Notes under the pieces: model-generated
Database searches by the model: none
What the model saw: the letters and a program-made list of their open reading frames with translations, nothing else
Told to the model about the DNA's origin: nothing
Source: Candidatus Saccharimonadota bacterium
Lineage (GTDB): Bacteria > Bacteroidota > Bacteroidia > Flavobacteriales > Blattabacteriaceae
NCBI RefSeq assembly: GCF_014252415.1
Contig: NZ_CP059223.1
Span: 60,001 to 92,000 of the forward strand
Length of the DNA: 32,000 bases
Direction of reading: 5' to 3'
Made by a program: the position numbers and the translations under genes
Shown: positions 1 through 10,304 of the stretch, piece after piece
How positions within the stretch are numbered: position 1 is the stretch's first letter
Layout of the letters: the number at the start of each line of letters is the position of its first letter

Positions 1-1
1 T

Positions 2-1855
2 GATAAAATTAAATCCTTTATAAAAAATTCATACAAAGAAAATATTGGAGCATTATTTATTTATGATACTAATCCTATTTATAGTCTTCCATATCAGTTA
101 TCTGATCAATTCAAAAATTTAATAAAAAAAATACCTATGACTGTTTCATTTTCTATGAATAAAAATGAAACTAACAATTTAATGGATATAATTGCTCCTA
201 TTCCTCATTGGCTTGAATCTTGGGGAGATACTAATCCAGTATCTAATTATTATACTCTTATTCAACCCACTATAAAAAATATTTTTAATACAAGACAATT
301 TCAAGATTCTTTAATTATTTGGGGAAAGATAAAAGTTAAAAATTACTATGAATATTTAAAAAATGAATGGGAAAATAATATTATACCAAAATCAAATTAT
401 TCTTCTTTTAACGAAGCTTTATTTTATGGATATTTAAATGTAAAAAATACGATAATAAATAAGAAAAATAATAATAAAAAATATATTATATATTATATTA
501 AAAAAAATGAAAATAAAATAAATGATAATTTATTAGAACTTAGATTATATACTAAAATAGGTATAGGAGATGGATCACAATATAATAATCCATGGATACA
601 AGAATTTCCTGATCCTATAACAAGAACTACTTGGGGTAATTATCTAACTATATCATATGATGATGCTGTAAAAAGAAATTTAAAAAATTGGTATAGAACA
701 GATGGATCACTAAATGGAAACTGTATTAATTTAATAAAAAACAAAAAAATTTTAATTAAAAATATACCCATACTTATACAACCAGGACAAAGTAATGGTT
801 CTATAGGTTTATCCTTTGGATATGGACAAAAAATAGGAAAATTAACAGATCTATGTCAAGGAATAAATTCGTATAAAATTTATGAAAATTTTAATTTAAA
901 TCAATATAATGTACAGATAGAAAAAACTGATAAACTTCATAAGTTTGCTTGTATACAATCACAAAATATTTCATTAGATAGAAATTTAATTAAGGAAATT
1001 AATTTAAACACATTTTTAAATTTTCCTAAAAATGTTTGGAATAAAAAAGAAAATAGTCAGTTTAAAGATAAATTTTTAGAAAATAAAAAAGAAGGACATC
1101 ATTTTAATCTATCTATAGATTTAAACGCGTGTATAGGATGTGGAGCATGTGTAATCGCCTGTCATTCTGAAAATAATGTTCCAGTTGTTGGAAGAAATGA
1201 AATAGAAAAATCTAGAGATATGCATTGGATACGTATCGATAGATATTATTCTAATAATAATATTAATTATGATAATACTTCAAATAAAAATAAAATTTCT
1301 CATACTAATACTAAGGTATCTTTTCAACCTATAATGTGCCAACATTGTGAGTATGCCCCATGTGAAACAGTTTGTCCAGTAGGAGCTACTTCTCATAGTT
1401 TACAAGGACAAAACATGATGACTTATAATCGATGTGTAGGAACTAGATATTGTGCAAACAATTGTCCTTATAAAGTAAGGAGATTTAATTGGTTCAATTA
1501 TACAAATAATCAAAAATTTGATTTTAATATGAATAATACGTTAGGAAAAATGGTTTTAAATCCAGATGTTGTTATAAGAAGTAGAGGTGTAATGGAAAAA
1601 TGTTCTTTATGTATTCAAAAAACTCAATATGTTATTGGAAAAGCAAAAAAGGAAAAAAGAAAAATAAAAGACGAAGAATTTAAAACAGCATGTAGCATTG
1701 CTTGTCCTACTGATGCCATAACATTTGGAGATATTAATGATAAAAATAGTGAAATATTAAAAAAATTGAATAATTCAAGATCTTATAAACTTCTTGATTT
1801 TATAGGTGTCAATCCTAATGTTAATTATTTATTAAAAATAGTAAATGATGAGTAA
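2..1855 (+). CDS. actB: Alternative Complex III (quinol:cytochrome c oxidoreductase) iron-sulfur subunit ActB, with a molybdopterin-oxidoreductase-like part plus a ferredoxin-like part. The 5' end is truncated by the window edge.
   Basis: The reading frame of the 137..1855 ORF stays open back to nt 2 (..DKIKSFIKNSYKENIGALFIYDTNPIYSLPYQ..), so the Met at 137 is internal. Cys motifs present: CIGCGACVIAC, CQHCEYAPCETVCP, CVGTRYCANNCPY (the second Cys of CxxCxxC is replaced, the pattern expected for the [3Fe-4S] site of ActB), and CSLC...CSIACP. It is followed by NrfD-like actC. Confidence 0.85.
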   Translation, partial: DKIKSFIKNSYKENIGALFIYDTNPIYSLPYQLSDQFKNLIKKIPMTVSFSMNKNETNNLMDIIAPIPHWLESWGDTNPVSNYYTLIQPTIKNIFNTRQFQDSLIIWGKIKVKNYYEYLKNEWENNIIPKSNYSSFNEALFYGYLNVKNTIINKKNNNKKYIIYYIKKNENKINDNLLELRLYTKIGIGDGSQYNNPWIQEFPDPITRTTWGNYLTISYDDAVKRNLKNWYRTDGSLNGNCINLIKNKKILIKNIPILIQPGQSNGSIGLSFGYGQKIGKLTDLCQGINSYKIYENFNLNQYNVQIEKTDKLHKFACIQSQNISLDRNLIKEINLNTFLNFPKNVWNKKENSQFKDKFLENKKEGHHFNLSIDLNACIGCGACVIACHSENNVPVVGRNEIEKSRDMHWIRIDRYYSNNNINYDNTSNKNKISHTNTKVSFQPIMCQHCEYAPCETVCPVGATSHSLQGQNMMTYNRCVGTRYCANNCPYKVRRFNWFNYTNNQKFDFNMNNTLGKMVLNPDVVIRSRGVMEKCSLCIQKTQYVIGKAKKEKRKIKDEEFKTACSIACPTDAITFGDINDKNSEILKKLNNSRSYKLLDFIGVNPNVNYLLKIVNDE

Positions 1856-1869
1856 ACTTATAATAAAAA

Positions 1870-3249
1870 ATGTTGGATTATAAAAAATATTATACAAGAA
1901 AAAAATTAATTAAAGGAAATAAAACCATAAAAGATATAACTAATGATATTATAAATCCTATAAAAAAAAAGGCAGGAAAATTATGGTGGATTTCCATATG
2001 TATATCTATTTTAGCATTTTTATGGGGTGTTATATGTATTATATATACAGTAACTACTGGAATTGGGGTATGGGGATTAAATAGAACGATTAATTGGGCT
2101 TGGGATATTACCAATTTTGTATGGTGGGTAGGAATAGGACATGCTGGTACTTTAATATCGGCAGTTTTATTATTATTTCGTCAAAAATGGCGTTTATCTA
2201 TTAATCGTTCAGCAGAAGCAATGACAATCTTTGCTGTAATACAAGCTGGATTATTTCCAATTATACATATGGGAAGACCGTGGAATGCACATTGGGTATT
2301 ACCAATTCCGAATCAATTTGGATCTCTATGGCCTAATTTTAATTCTCCTTTGTTATGGGATGTTTTTGCTATAAGTACTTATTTTTCTGTATCCACTGTA
2401 TTTTGGTTTATTGGATTAATTCCTGATTTTGCAATGATAAGGGACAAAATTTCTAATCCATTTCAAAAAAAAATATATACTATTCTTAGTTTTGGATGGA
2501 ATGGAAGTGCTAAAGATTGGCAAAGATTTGAAGAAGTATCTCTAATATTAGCTGGTTTATGTACGCCATTAGTTTTTTCGGTACATACCATAGTTTCTTT
2601 TGATTTTTCTACTTCAGTAATTAAAGGATGGCATAGTACTATTTTTCCTCCTTATTTTGTAGCAGGAGCTATATTTTCTGGATTTGCAATGGTTCAAACA
2701 TTGTTAGGAGTTGCTAGAAAAGTTCTTTCTTTAGAAAGTTATATTACTAAAGATCATATTGAATATATGAATATGATTATTTTATTTACAGGAGGTATTG
2801 TTTTATTAGCCTACATAACTGAATATATTTTGGCTTGGTACTCTAGTAGTCCTTTTGAAGAATTTATATATTTTTCTGAAAAAGCATCTAGGGGTCCTTT
2901 CTGGTGGGCATTTTGGTCTTTAATATTTTGTAATATTATTATTCCTCAATTTTTATGGATTAAATCAGTAAGAAGAAGTTTTTTTTGGTCTTATGTTATA
3001 GCAATCATTATAAATATAGGCATGTGGTTTGAAAGATTTGATATTATTGTTCTTAATTTAAGTCATGATTATTTACCATCTTCTTGGACTGGATTTATTC
3101 CGTCATTTGTAGATGTTGGGATTTTTATAGGAACTATTGGATTATTTTTTACTCTTTATTTAATTTACATTCGTGTTTTTCCAGTAATATCGCAATCAGA
3201 ATTAAAAACAATTTTAAAACAAAATAATGATGAAAAATCGTTACAGTAA
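1870..3249 (+). CDS. actC: Alternative Complex III membrane subunit ActC (NrfD/PsrC-like polytopic quinol-interacting protein)
   Basis: 459-aa polytopic membrane protein with NrfD-family-like segments (WGLNRTINWAWDITNFVWWVGIGHAGTLISA, HMGRPW, PLLWDVFAISTY). It sits immediately after the Fe-S subunit. Confidence 0.85.
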   Translation: MLDYKKYYTRKKLIKGNKTIKDITNDIINPIKKKAGKLWWISICISILAFLWGVICIIYTVTTGIGVWGLNRTINWAWDITNFVWWVGIGHAGTLISAVLLLFRQKWRLSINRSAEAMTIFAVIQAGLFPIIHMGRPWNAHWVLPIPNQFGSLWPNFNSPLLWDVFAISTYFSVSTVFWFIGLIPDFAMIRDKISNPFQKKIYTILSFGWNGSAKDWQRFEEVSLILAGLCTPLVFSVHTIVSFDFSTSVIKGWHSTIFPPYFVAGAIFSGFAMVQTLLGVARKVLSLESYITKDHIEYMNMIILFTGGIVLLAYITEYILAWYSSSPFEEFIYFSEKASRGPFWWAFWSLIFCNIIIPQFLWIKSVRRSFFWSYVIAIIINIGMWFERFDIIVLNLSHDYLPSSWTGFIPSFVDVGIFIGTIGLFFTLYLIYIRVFPVISQSELKTILKQNNDEKSLQ

Positions 3250-3751
3250 TTTAAATGTACTATATGATAACGAAAATTGTCTTTTAAATAACATTAAAAT
3301 ATTAGTAAAAAAAAATAATTGTTACATATCAAATGTATATTCTCCATATCCAATTCACGGATTAAATAAATTAATAAATTTAAAAAATACTAATTTATCT
3401 TTTTTATCTTTTTTATATGGATTGTTAGGATTTTTTTTTTCTATAACTTTGATATGGTATATCATGATTTTTGATTGGCCACAAAATATTGGTGGAAAAC
3501 CTTCTTTCTCTTTTATAAAGAATTTACCATCGTTTATACCTGTCATATTTGAATTAGTTATTTTTTTTTCTGCACATTTAATGTGTATAACTTATTTATT
3601 TCAATGTAAATTATATCCAGGATGTAAAGCTACAAATCCAGATATAAGAACAACAGATTATATTTTTTTAATAAAAATTAGAATAAAAAAAATAGATAAA
3701 AATAATATAAAAAAACTTTTGTTAAAAAATGGAGCAATAGAAATCAATTAA
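3227..3751 (+). CDS. actD: Alternative Complex III subunit ActD (DUF3341-type small membrane protein)
   Basis: 174 aa. The N-terminal soluble segment contains SPYPIHGL, followed by two hydrophobic helices. Its position between actC and the cytochrome c subunit fits. The only ATG starts (3227 or 3230) lie inside the 3' end of actC, giving a 20-23 nt overlap. Confidence 0.7.
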   Translation: MMKNRYSNLNVLYDNENCLLNNIKILVKKNNCYISNVYSPYPIHGLNKLINLKNTNLSFLSFLYGLLGFFFSITLIWYIMIFDWPQNIGGKPSFSFIKNLPSFIPVIFELVIFFSAHLMCITYLFQCKLYPGCKATNPDIRTTDYIFLIKIRIKKIDKNNIKKLLLKNGAIEIN

Positions 3752-3768
3752 AAATAACTTGTTTTATA

Positions 3769-4374
3769 ATGATAAAATATATTTATTATTTTTCTATATC
3801 ATCAATAATAATTATTTTGAGTTTTATTTTTATTTTTTTTAATGATGAAAAAAAACCAAAAATAGTATATATGCCTGATATGTATTATTCTAATGCATAT
3901 GAACCATATTCTGATCCAGATTTTATTAAATCTGGTAAATGTAAAAGTATAAACAATAATATTTTTAATTATGAAACTTCCTCTCTTACTCCTGTAAAAA
4001 ATACAGTTTCTAGAAAAAAATTTTATGATCCTACATCATACTTAATATCAATTAAAGGTCAAAATTTTTCAAAAAAAATAAAAACATCTCCATTGATAAA
4101 TAAAAATAATATGAATGAAATTTTAAAAGATGGAAAAAGATTATATTATATAAACTGTTCTATCTGTCATGGAGAAAAAGGAGATGGTCAAGGATTTTTA
4201 GTAAAAAATGAAAAAATATTAGGAATACCTGATTACAAAGATAGAGAATTAACTGTTGGAAGTGTATATTATGTTATTACATATGGAAAAAATAATATGG
4301 GATCTTACTCATCTCAACTTAACGAAATAGATAGATGGAAAGTATCTGAATATGTTATGCATTTAAAAAAATAA
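3769..4374 (+). CDS. actE: Alternative Complex III monoheme cytochrome c subunit ActE
   Basis: N-terminal membrane anchor and a single heme-binding motif, CSICHGEKGDGQG. A downstream Met-containing segment (YGKNNMGSY) is a plausible distal ligand. Operon position fits. Confidence 0.75.
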   Translation: MIKYIYYFSISSIIIILSFIFIFFNDEKKPKIVYMPDMYYSNAYEPYSDPDFIKSGKCKSINNNIFNYETSSLTPVKNTVSRKKFYDPTSYLISIKGQNFSKKIKTSPLINKNNMNEILKDGKRLYYINCSICHGEKGDGQGFLVKNEKILGIPDYKDRELTVGSVYYVITYGKNNMGSYSSQLNEIDRWKVSEYVMHLKK

Positions 4375-4392
4375 AACTATAATTATTAATTA

Positions 4393-5613
4393 ATGATATA
4401 TCAATTATCTAAAAATTATAAAAAATTTTTTTTATCCACTATAATTTTTGGAATTATATTACTATTATACAAATGGAGTCAATTTTTTTTTAAAAAAAAA
4501 TTATTGTATATATTTAATGATCAGAAATTATGGACTAGTATATATATATCTTCTATATATTTTTTTTCAATATCTATAGGATCATTATTATTTTTATCTA
4601 TTCAAAATATTTCAAAATCAGGATGGTCAATCATTATTCATCCAATTATGAATAAAATATCATCTTTTATTCCTTATGGAAGTATTTTGATATTAATTAT
4701 TTTATTAATTAATATAATACATCCAAACAAACCAATATTTCATTGGATGAATGATTATTTATATAATCCAAAATCTATTTATTATGATAAAATTTTAATG
4801 AAAAAAAAGTTATATCTTAATATTCCTTTTTTTTTAATAAGAAATTTATTTTATGTATTAGGTTGTATATTCTTCTATTTTAGAATTAATAAAATATCAT
4901 ATTTTTTAAATGTTTCTTACTCTTTAAAGTATTATAATAAATTATATTCTAATTCTATTTATTTTATCATATTCTTTGCTTTTATTTCTACTTTTCTATC
5001 TTGGGATTGGATAATGTCCATTACTCCACATTGGTTTAGTACTTTATTTGGATGGTATTTTTTAAGTGGGATATTAATTAATGGAATAGTTTTTATTACT
5101 ATTGTTTCAATTTTTCTTAAAAAAATAGGAGTATTTCATTTTTTTAACAAAAGTCATATGAATGATTTAGGAACTTATATTTTTTCCGGTAGTTTATTGT
5201 GGAGTTATTTTTGGTTTTCTCAATTTCTTCTTTATTGGTATGGAAATATTCCAGAAGAAATGTTGTATTTTTTTAAAAGAGAAAAATTATATTATAATAT
5301 CCATTTTTTGATGTTAATTCCAAATTTTATAATTCCATTATTACTGATAAGTAGAAAAAATAAATGTAATTCAAATAGATTATTATTAATATCAATAATA
5401 ATTTTAATTGGACATTATATAGATCTATTTAATTTAATAGATCCTAATTTTTATAATAAAATATCATTTGGTTTATATGAAATTAGTTCATTATTTATAA
5501 TAGGAGGATCATTTTTTTATATATTATTATCAAACTTAAAGAATCAAACATTATACCTTACTGAACATCCTTTTTTTAAAGAGAGTAAAGAATATAAAAA
5601 TCATAATTTATAA
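4393..5613 (+). CDS. actF: Alternative Complex III membrane subunit ActF (polytopic, quinone-binding subunit 2)
   Basis: 406-aa highly hydrophobic protein that closes the act cluster. It contains Trp-rich helices (HWFSTLFGWYFLSG, LLWSYFWFSQFLLYWYGNIPEE). The assignment rests mainly on synteny and topology. Confidence 0.6.
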   Translation: MIYQLSKNYKKFFLSTIIFGIILLLYKWSQFFFKKKLLYIFNDQKLWTSIYISSIYFFSISIGSLLFLSIQNISKSGWSIIIHPIMNKISSFIPYGSILILIILLINIIHPNKPIFHWMNDYLYNPKSIYYDKILMKKKLYLNIPFFLIRNLFYVLGCIFFYFRINKISYFLNVSYSLKYYNKLYSNSIYFIIFFAFISTFLSWDWIMSITPHWFSTLFGWYFLSGILINGIVFITIVSIFLKKIGVFHFFNKSHMNDLGTYIFSGSLLWSYFWFSQFLLYWYGNIPEEMLYFFKREKLYYNIHFLMLIPNFIIPLLLISRKNKCNSNRLLLISIIILIGHYIDLFNLIDPNFYNKISFGLYEISSLFIIGGSFFYILLSNLKNQTLYLTEHPFFKESKEYKNHNL

Positions 5614-6318
5614 TGAAACTAATCTATTATCTTTATTGTCTTTAATAAAATTAATAATAGATTTATTTGATCCAAATATAGTTAAAATATCTCCATCTTG
5701 CAATAAAGTCTTACCAGTTATTAATCCTATTACATTTTTAGTGGAATTATTTTTATTAGATGAAATTTTTATTTTATCTCGAATTATAGTAATTATAGAA
5801 ATTGAATATTTTTGTATTAATTTTATATTTTTAACCATTTTTCCACTGAAAGAAAAAGGAGAGAATACTTCAGCAATAGAATGTTTATTATCTACTTGAA
5901 AATAATCTAAAGCATAATCAAAAGATAGTTGTCTAGTTAATCTAAATGCCGCATCTTGTTCTGGATGAACAACATTTTTAATTCCCATAGCATTTAATAT
6001 TGTATCATGTATCTTTGATAAAGATCTACTTATTATTTTAAGATGTTTATAATTTTTTTTTAATATTGCAGTTGTAACTATTGACGATCCTTCATTTTCT
6101 CCTATTGCTACAATACCTAAATTAGCTTGATTGATAGGTAACATTTTATATGCTTCTTCATTATTAGCATCCATACATATAACGTTAGCAATATGATCTT
6201 TTAATGAGTCTACTTTTTCTATTTTATTATCTATACCAAAAACTTCATGTCCATTATCTGTTAAGCTAAGAGCTAATGCTCTCCCAAAATTTCCTAATCC
6301 AATAATTATTATTTTCAT
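5608..6318 (-). CDS. trkA: K+ uptake system NAD-binding regulatory subunit (TrkA/KtrA, single RCK N+C unit)
   Basis: N-terminal Rossmann motif MKIIIIGLGNFGRALA. 236 aa with a C-terminal RCK_C-like segment (LQDGDILTIFG). It is directly upstream (same strand) of trkH. Confidence 0.8.
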   Translation of the reverse strand: MKIIIIGLGNFGRALALSLTDNGHEVFGIDNKIEKVDSLKDHIANVICMDANNEEAYKMLPINQANLGIVAIGENEGSSIVTTAILKKNYKHLKIISRSLSKIHDTILNAMGIKNVVHPEQDAAFRLTRQLSFDYALDYFQVDNKHSIAEVFSPFSFSGKMVKNIKLIQKYSISIITIIRDKIKISSNKNNSTKNVIGLITGKTLLQDGDILTIFGSNKSIINFIKDNKDNRLVSL

Positions 6319-6338
6319 GTTTATCTTATCATAAAATT

Positions 6339-8114
6339 TTAATTAATGATAACATTTTCTTTAGGATATTTATAATAATGAATATTAATTTTATTTCTTT
6401 TTAATAAACTAATCATTATATTTATAGACCCTACCCTTCCTAATAGCATTAATAAGATTATTACTAATTTACTTCCAATAGATAAACTAGATGTTATACC
6501 TAAAGAAAGACCAGTTGTAGAAAAAGCTGAAACTACTTCAAAAAAAATAGATAAAATATTTTTATATGGATCAAAAAATATTATAGATAATACACATATA
6601 TAAATAATTATTATGGAAAGCATTATAATAGAAAAAGACAAACGAATAGATTTGTGAGAAATTTCTCTTTTTTGTATTTCCAATCTATGTTTTTTTCTAG
6701 ATAAAGAAACGATATTTAATAATGCTATTGCAAAAGTAATAGTTTTAATTCCTCCTCCAGTAGAAGATGGAGACGCACCTATCCACATCAATAGCATAGT
6801 AAATATGATAGTAAAAGAATGTAGATTTTTTAGATCTAATACATGAAATCCTGCTGTCCTGGAAGAAGTAGAAGAAAAAAACGATACTATCCACTTTCCA
6901 AAAAATGATTTATGCTCTAATAGTGAATTATTATATTCACTAATATAATAAAAAATAGTACCAAAGTATAAAAGAAAAATAGTAGTAAATACAACTATTT
7001 TTGTATTTAATGTAACTATATGTACAGGATTTCTTATATATTTTTTATAAAAAATTTTATTTATATATTTTTTTAATGTTAATAAAATAAATGTAAAAAA
7101 ATTGAATACAATATTAAAACCTATACCTCCTAAAATTATTAAAAATGATATTATCAATTGAAACCAATAATTAAACCGAATTACTTCTGAATGTAATCCA
7201 TCATTAAAAGTAGAAAAACCACTATTACAAAAAGAAGATATAGAATGAAAAATAGAGAAAAAAAATGGATTATCATTATTTAATTTTAATTTAGTATTAA
7301 AATGAAAATCATTGTTAATGGATAAATAAATCAAGAATGATCCTACTAATTCTATTATTAGAGTGAATAAAACTACTTTTACAGCAAAAAAAAGAACATT
7401 ATTTGTTGTTTTTGTATTTAGAAAATTGCTGGCAAAAATTGCTTCTTTAAATGATAAATTATTTTGGAAAAAAAAATTAAAAAAAGAAGTTATTGTTAAT
7501 ATACCAAGCCCTCCTATTTCTATTAATGTTAATAAAATTATTTTTCCTAAAAAAGTAAAATCTTTAGATGTATCTAAAACAATTAATCCAGTAACACAAA
7601 CAGCACTAGTAGAAGTAAATAATGCATCAATGAATGATATATTTTTTACTGTGGATGCTGGTAACATTAACAATATAGATCCTAAAATAGATAAAAAAAT
7701 AAAACTAATAATAAATATGAAAATGGGATTATGTATTTTTACATATATTCTTTTCATTATATATGTAGTACGAATTACAAGATAAATTATTAAACTAATA
7801 ATAGAAAATATTTTAATGTATGATGATATTTCTTTATTTATACCATTATAAATAAAATTTTTTATAAAAAAGATAATAGGTATTATAAGTATAAAAAAAG
7901 ATAATAATATCATAGATTTATAATCTTTTTCAATTTTTTTATCAAAAAAAATAAATAAATGTAATATATTAATTAAAGATATCATTAATATGATAAATTT
8001 TTCACTAAAAAAGTTTGTAAAACAAGACTCACCCCATCCTAGATAAAAAATTATATAAAAAAATATAATTGGATATGAAATTCCTATAATATTTCTAAAT
8101 ATTTTAAAAATCAT
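6339..8114 (-). CDS. trkH: TrkH/KtrB-family K+ transporter membrane subunit
   Basis: 591-aa polytopic protein with four selectivity-filter-like P-loop motifs in order: SAVCVTGL, FCNSGFS, SSRTAGFH, FSTTGLSLG. Roughly 120 aa of extra N-terminal hydrophobic helices precede the first repeat. Confidence 0.8.
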   Translation of the reverse strand: MIFKIFRNIIGISYPIIFFYIIFYLGWGESCFTNFFSEKFIILMISLINILHLFIFFDKKIEKDYKSMILLSFFILIIPIIFFIKNFIYNGINKEISSYIKIFSIISLIIYLVIRTTYIMKRIYVKIHNPIFIFIISFIFLSILGSILLMLPASTVKNISFIDALFTSTSAVCVTGLIVLDTSKDFTFLGKIILLTLIEIGGLGILTITSFFNFFFQNNLSFKEAIFASNFLNTKTTNNVLFFAVKVVLFTLIIELVGSFLIYLSINNDFHFNTKLKLNNDNPFFFSIFHSISSFCNSGFSTFNDGLHSEVIRFNYWFQLIISFLIILGGIGFNIVFNFFTFILLTLKKYINKIFYKKYIRNPVHIVTLNTKIVVFTTIFLLYFGTIFYYISEYNNSLLEHKSFFGKWIVSFFSSTSSRTAGFHVLDLKNLHSFTIIFTMLLMWIGASPSSTGGGIKTITFAIALLNIVSLSRKKHRLEIQKREISHKSIRLSFSIIMLSIIIIYICVLSIIFFDPYKNILSIFFEVVSAFSTTGLSLGITSSLSIGSKLVIILLMLLGRVGSINIMISLLKRNKINIHYYKYPKENVIIN

Positions 8115-8161
8115 AATTATTTTAATTCATAAAAATTGCATTAATTTACAAGTAATAATTA

Positions 8162-8797
8162 TTATAGGTATATAGGTAAAAATTGATTAATATTATGAAA
8201 TTTATTTTTACAAAATTTATTGTAAGATAAATATGACATGTCATAAGATGATATATTATCTTTAATAAAAATATATTTATTTGAATTTTTTAAATAAAAA
8301 TTAAAATTACTTATTATATATATTTTATGATTTGTTATTTGAAGATAATTAATTTTTTTTCTAATAGAAATAGGATAAAGCATATTGCTATATGAATCAA
8401 ATAATGTAGTATAAAAAAAATTTTTTTTTGCATATATCATAGGAATGATTAATGTATTTTTTTTATTCTTTATTTTTTTTAAAATCTTTTGAGTTAAAAT
8501 AGTTAAACTATCCATAGATAATAATGGTATTTTTAATGATATACAAAATCCCTTTGCTGCCGCAATTCCTACTCTTAAAGAAGAATAGGATCCAGGCCCT
8601 CTATTTACACAAATAGATTTAATATCTTTTAAACTAACCATTGAAAGTTTTAGAGCGTATTCTATAAATTTATGTAGTTTTTCTGAATGTAAATAACGTT
8701 GAGAGGTTTCTTCTACAAGAGATAAGATCTTTCCATTTTTTGATATGGAAACTGAACAATTATTTGTAGAAGTATCTAAATTTAGTATTAAAGACAT
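8162..8797 (-). CDS. tsaB: tRNA N6-threonylcarbamoyladenosine (t6A) biosynthesis protein TsaB (inactive Kae1/M22-like)
   Basis: MSLILNLDTSTNNCSVSI start and GPGSYSSLRVGIAAAKGF motif, typical of TsaB/YeaZ. 211 aa. Confidence 0.75.
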   Translation of the reverse strand: MSLILNLDTSTNNCSVSISKNGKILSLVEETSQRYLHSEKLHKFIEYALKLSMVSLKDIKSICVNRGPGSYSSLRVGIAAAKGFCISLKIPLLSMDSLTILTQKILKKIKNKKNTLIIPMIYAKKNFFYTTLFDSYSNMLYPISIRKKINYLQITNHKIYIISNFNFYLKNSNKYIFIKDNISSYDMSYLSYNKFCKNKFHNINQFLPIYL

Positions 8798-8827
8798 ATA
8801 AATAATTTAAAAAAAATATTTTTTATT

Positions 8828-9601
8828 ATGCAAGTAAATAATGTAATTAATTATATAGTTTTTTGGTTAAAAAATTATATAAAAAATTCAAAATCAAATG
8901 GATTTGTTGTTGGAATATCTGGTGGAATTGATTCTTCTGTAACATCTTTTTTAGTTGCAAAAACAAATTATCCTACATTATTATTAGAAATCCCATTATT
9001 AAAAGATAACGATCTTCCTAGAAAACATGCTAAATTTATGTTAAAAAGATTTTCAAATGTTAGTTATATAAGAAAAAATTTATGTGATTTTTTTAATTTT
9101 TTTTGTAAAACTTTTGATATTTATAATAATAAAATAAATAATAATTTAGCATTAGCAAATGCACAGTCTAGAATTCGTATGTTAATACTATATTATTATG
9201 CTAATTTAAATAATTATTTAGTTGTTGGTACTGGAAATAAAGTAGAAGATTTTGGAATTGGATTTTTTACAAAATATGGAGATGGGGGAGTAGATTTACA
9301 ACCTATTGCAGATTTAAATAAAAGTGATATACAAATTATTGCTAAAAAATTAAAAATATTATATGAAATTAGAAATTCTATCCCAACGGATGGTTTATGG
9401 AAAGATGAACGTACTGATAAAGAACAAATAGGACTATCTTATGATGATTTAGAATTAGCTATGAAAATAAAAGATAAAAAATTAAAATATTTTTCTAAAA
9501 AAGAATATAGTATTATAAAAAAATATCAATATTTACATAATAAAAATAAACATAAAATTATTCCAATTCCTATTTGTCATATCCCAAATTATATGAAATA
9601 A
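8828..9601 (+). CDS. nadE: NH3-dependent NAD+ synthetase
   Basis: PP-loop motif GISGGIDSSV. Also NAQSRIRM, GTGNKVEDFGIGFFTKYGDGG and DLQPI segments typical of NadE. 257 aa. Confidence 0.85.
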   Translation: MQVNNVINYIVFWLKNYIKNSKSNGFVVGISGGIDSSVTSFLVAKTNYPTLLLEIPLLKDNDLPRKHAKFMLKRFSNVSYIRKNLCDFFNFFCKTFDIYNNKINNNLALANAQSRIRMLILYYYANLNNYLVVGTGNKVEDFGIGFFTKYGDGGVDLQPIADLNKSDIQIIAKKLKILYEIRNSIPTDGLWKDERTDKEQIGLSYDDLELAMKIKDKKLKYFSKKEYSIIKKYQYLHNKNKHKIIPIPICHIPNYMK

Positions 9602-9716
9602 TTAGTTTATTAATTTTATTTTTTATATTTAAAAATTATATTTTTTTTAAAAAATAAAAATATATAAAACTATATAATTATTGAAGTAATAATATATTAT
9701 TCATACATCAAATGTT

Positions 9717-10304
9717 GTGAAAAATATGAATAAAATAATAAAAATAGAAAAACATTTTTTTCAAATTATGAAAATACTTGGTTTAGATATGAATGATAAT
9801 AATTTGAAACAAACGCCTAAACGTGTTGCTAAAATGTTTGTAGAAGAAATATTTAGTGGTATTCATCCTGAAAATGAACCTAAAATATCTGTTTTTGAAA
9901 ATAAATACAAGTATAAACAAATGATTATTGAAAAAAACATTACAGTTTATTCTACTTGTGAACATCATTTTCTTCCTATCATTGGAAAAGCACATGTTGG
10001 ATATATTTCTAATGGAAAAATAATAGGATTATCTAAAATAAATAGAATTGTAAATTTTTATTCAAAAAGACCTCAAGTTCAAGAACGATTAACTGTTCAG
10101 ATTGTTGACATGTTAAAAAAAATTTTATCAATAAGAGATGTTGCTTGTATTATAGAGGCTAAACATTTATGTGTAAATTCTCGTGGAATAAAAGATATAG
10201 ATAGTAGTACTATTACTACTGAATTTAGAGGATCATTTAGAGATGATTACAAAATCAAAAGTGAATTTTTTCATCATATTGGATTTTTTTCTTTTAAAAC
10301 ATGA
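9717..10304 (+). CDS. folE: GTP cyclohydrolase I (FolE type 1)
   Basis: TPKRVAKMF, CEHHFLP and RPQVQERLT motifs. The track start at 9717 is GTG; an ATG at 9726 is an equally plausible start. Confidence 0.9.
   Translation: MKNMNKIIKIEKHFFQIMKILGLDMNDNNLKQTPKRVAKMFVEEIFSGIHPENEPKISVFENKYKYKQMIIEKNITVYSTCEHHFLPIIGKAHVGYISNGKIIGLSKINRIVNFYSKRPQVQERLTVQIVDMLKKILSIRDVACIIEAKHLCVNSRGIKDIDSSTITTEFRGSFRDDYKIKSEFFHHIGFFSFKT

Noticed and set aside
7363-7785. 140-aa ORF on the + strand, antisense to trkH
   Set aside because: It lies entirely inside a well-supported trkH gene. The product is K/N/F-rich low complexity with no recognisable motif. Antisense of a T-rich (Phe/Ile/Leu) membrane-protein gene is A-rich and can stay open by chance, so this is a shadow ORF.
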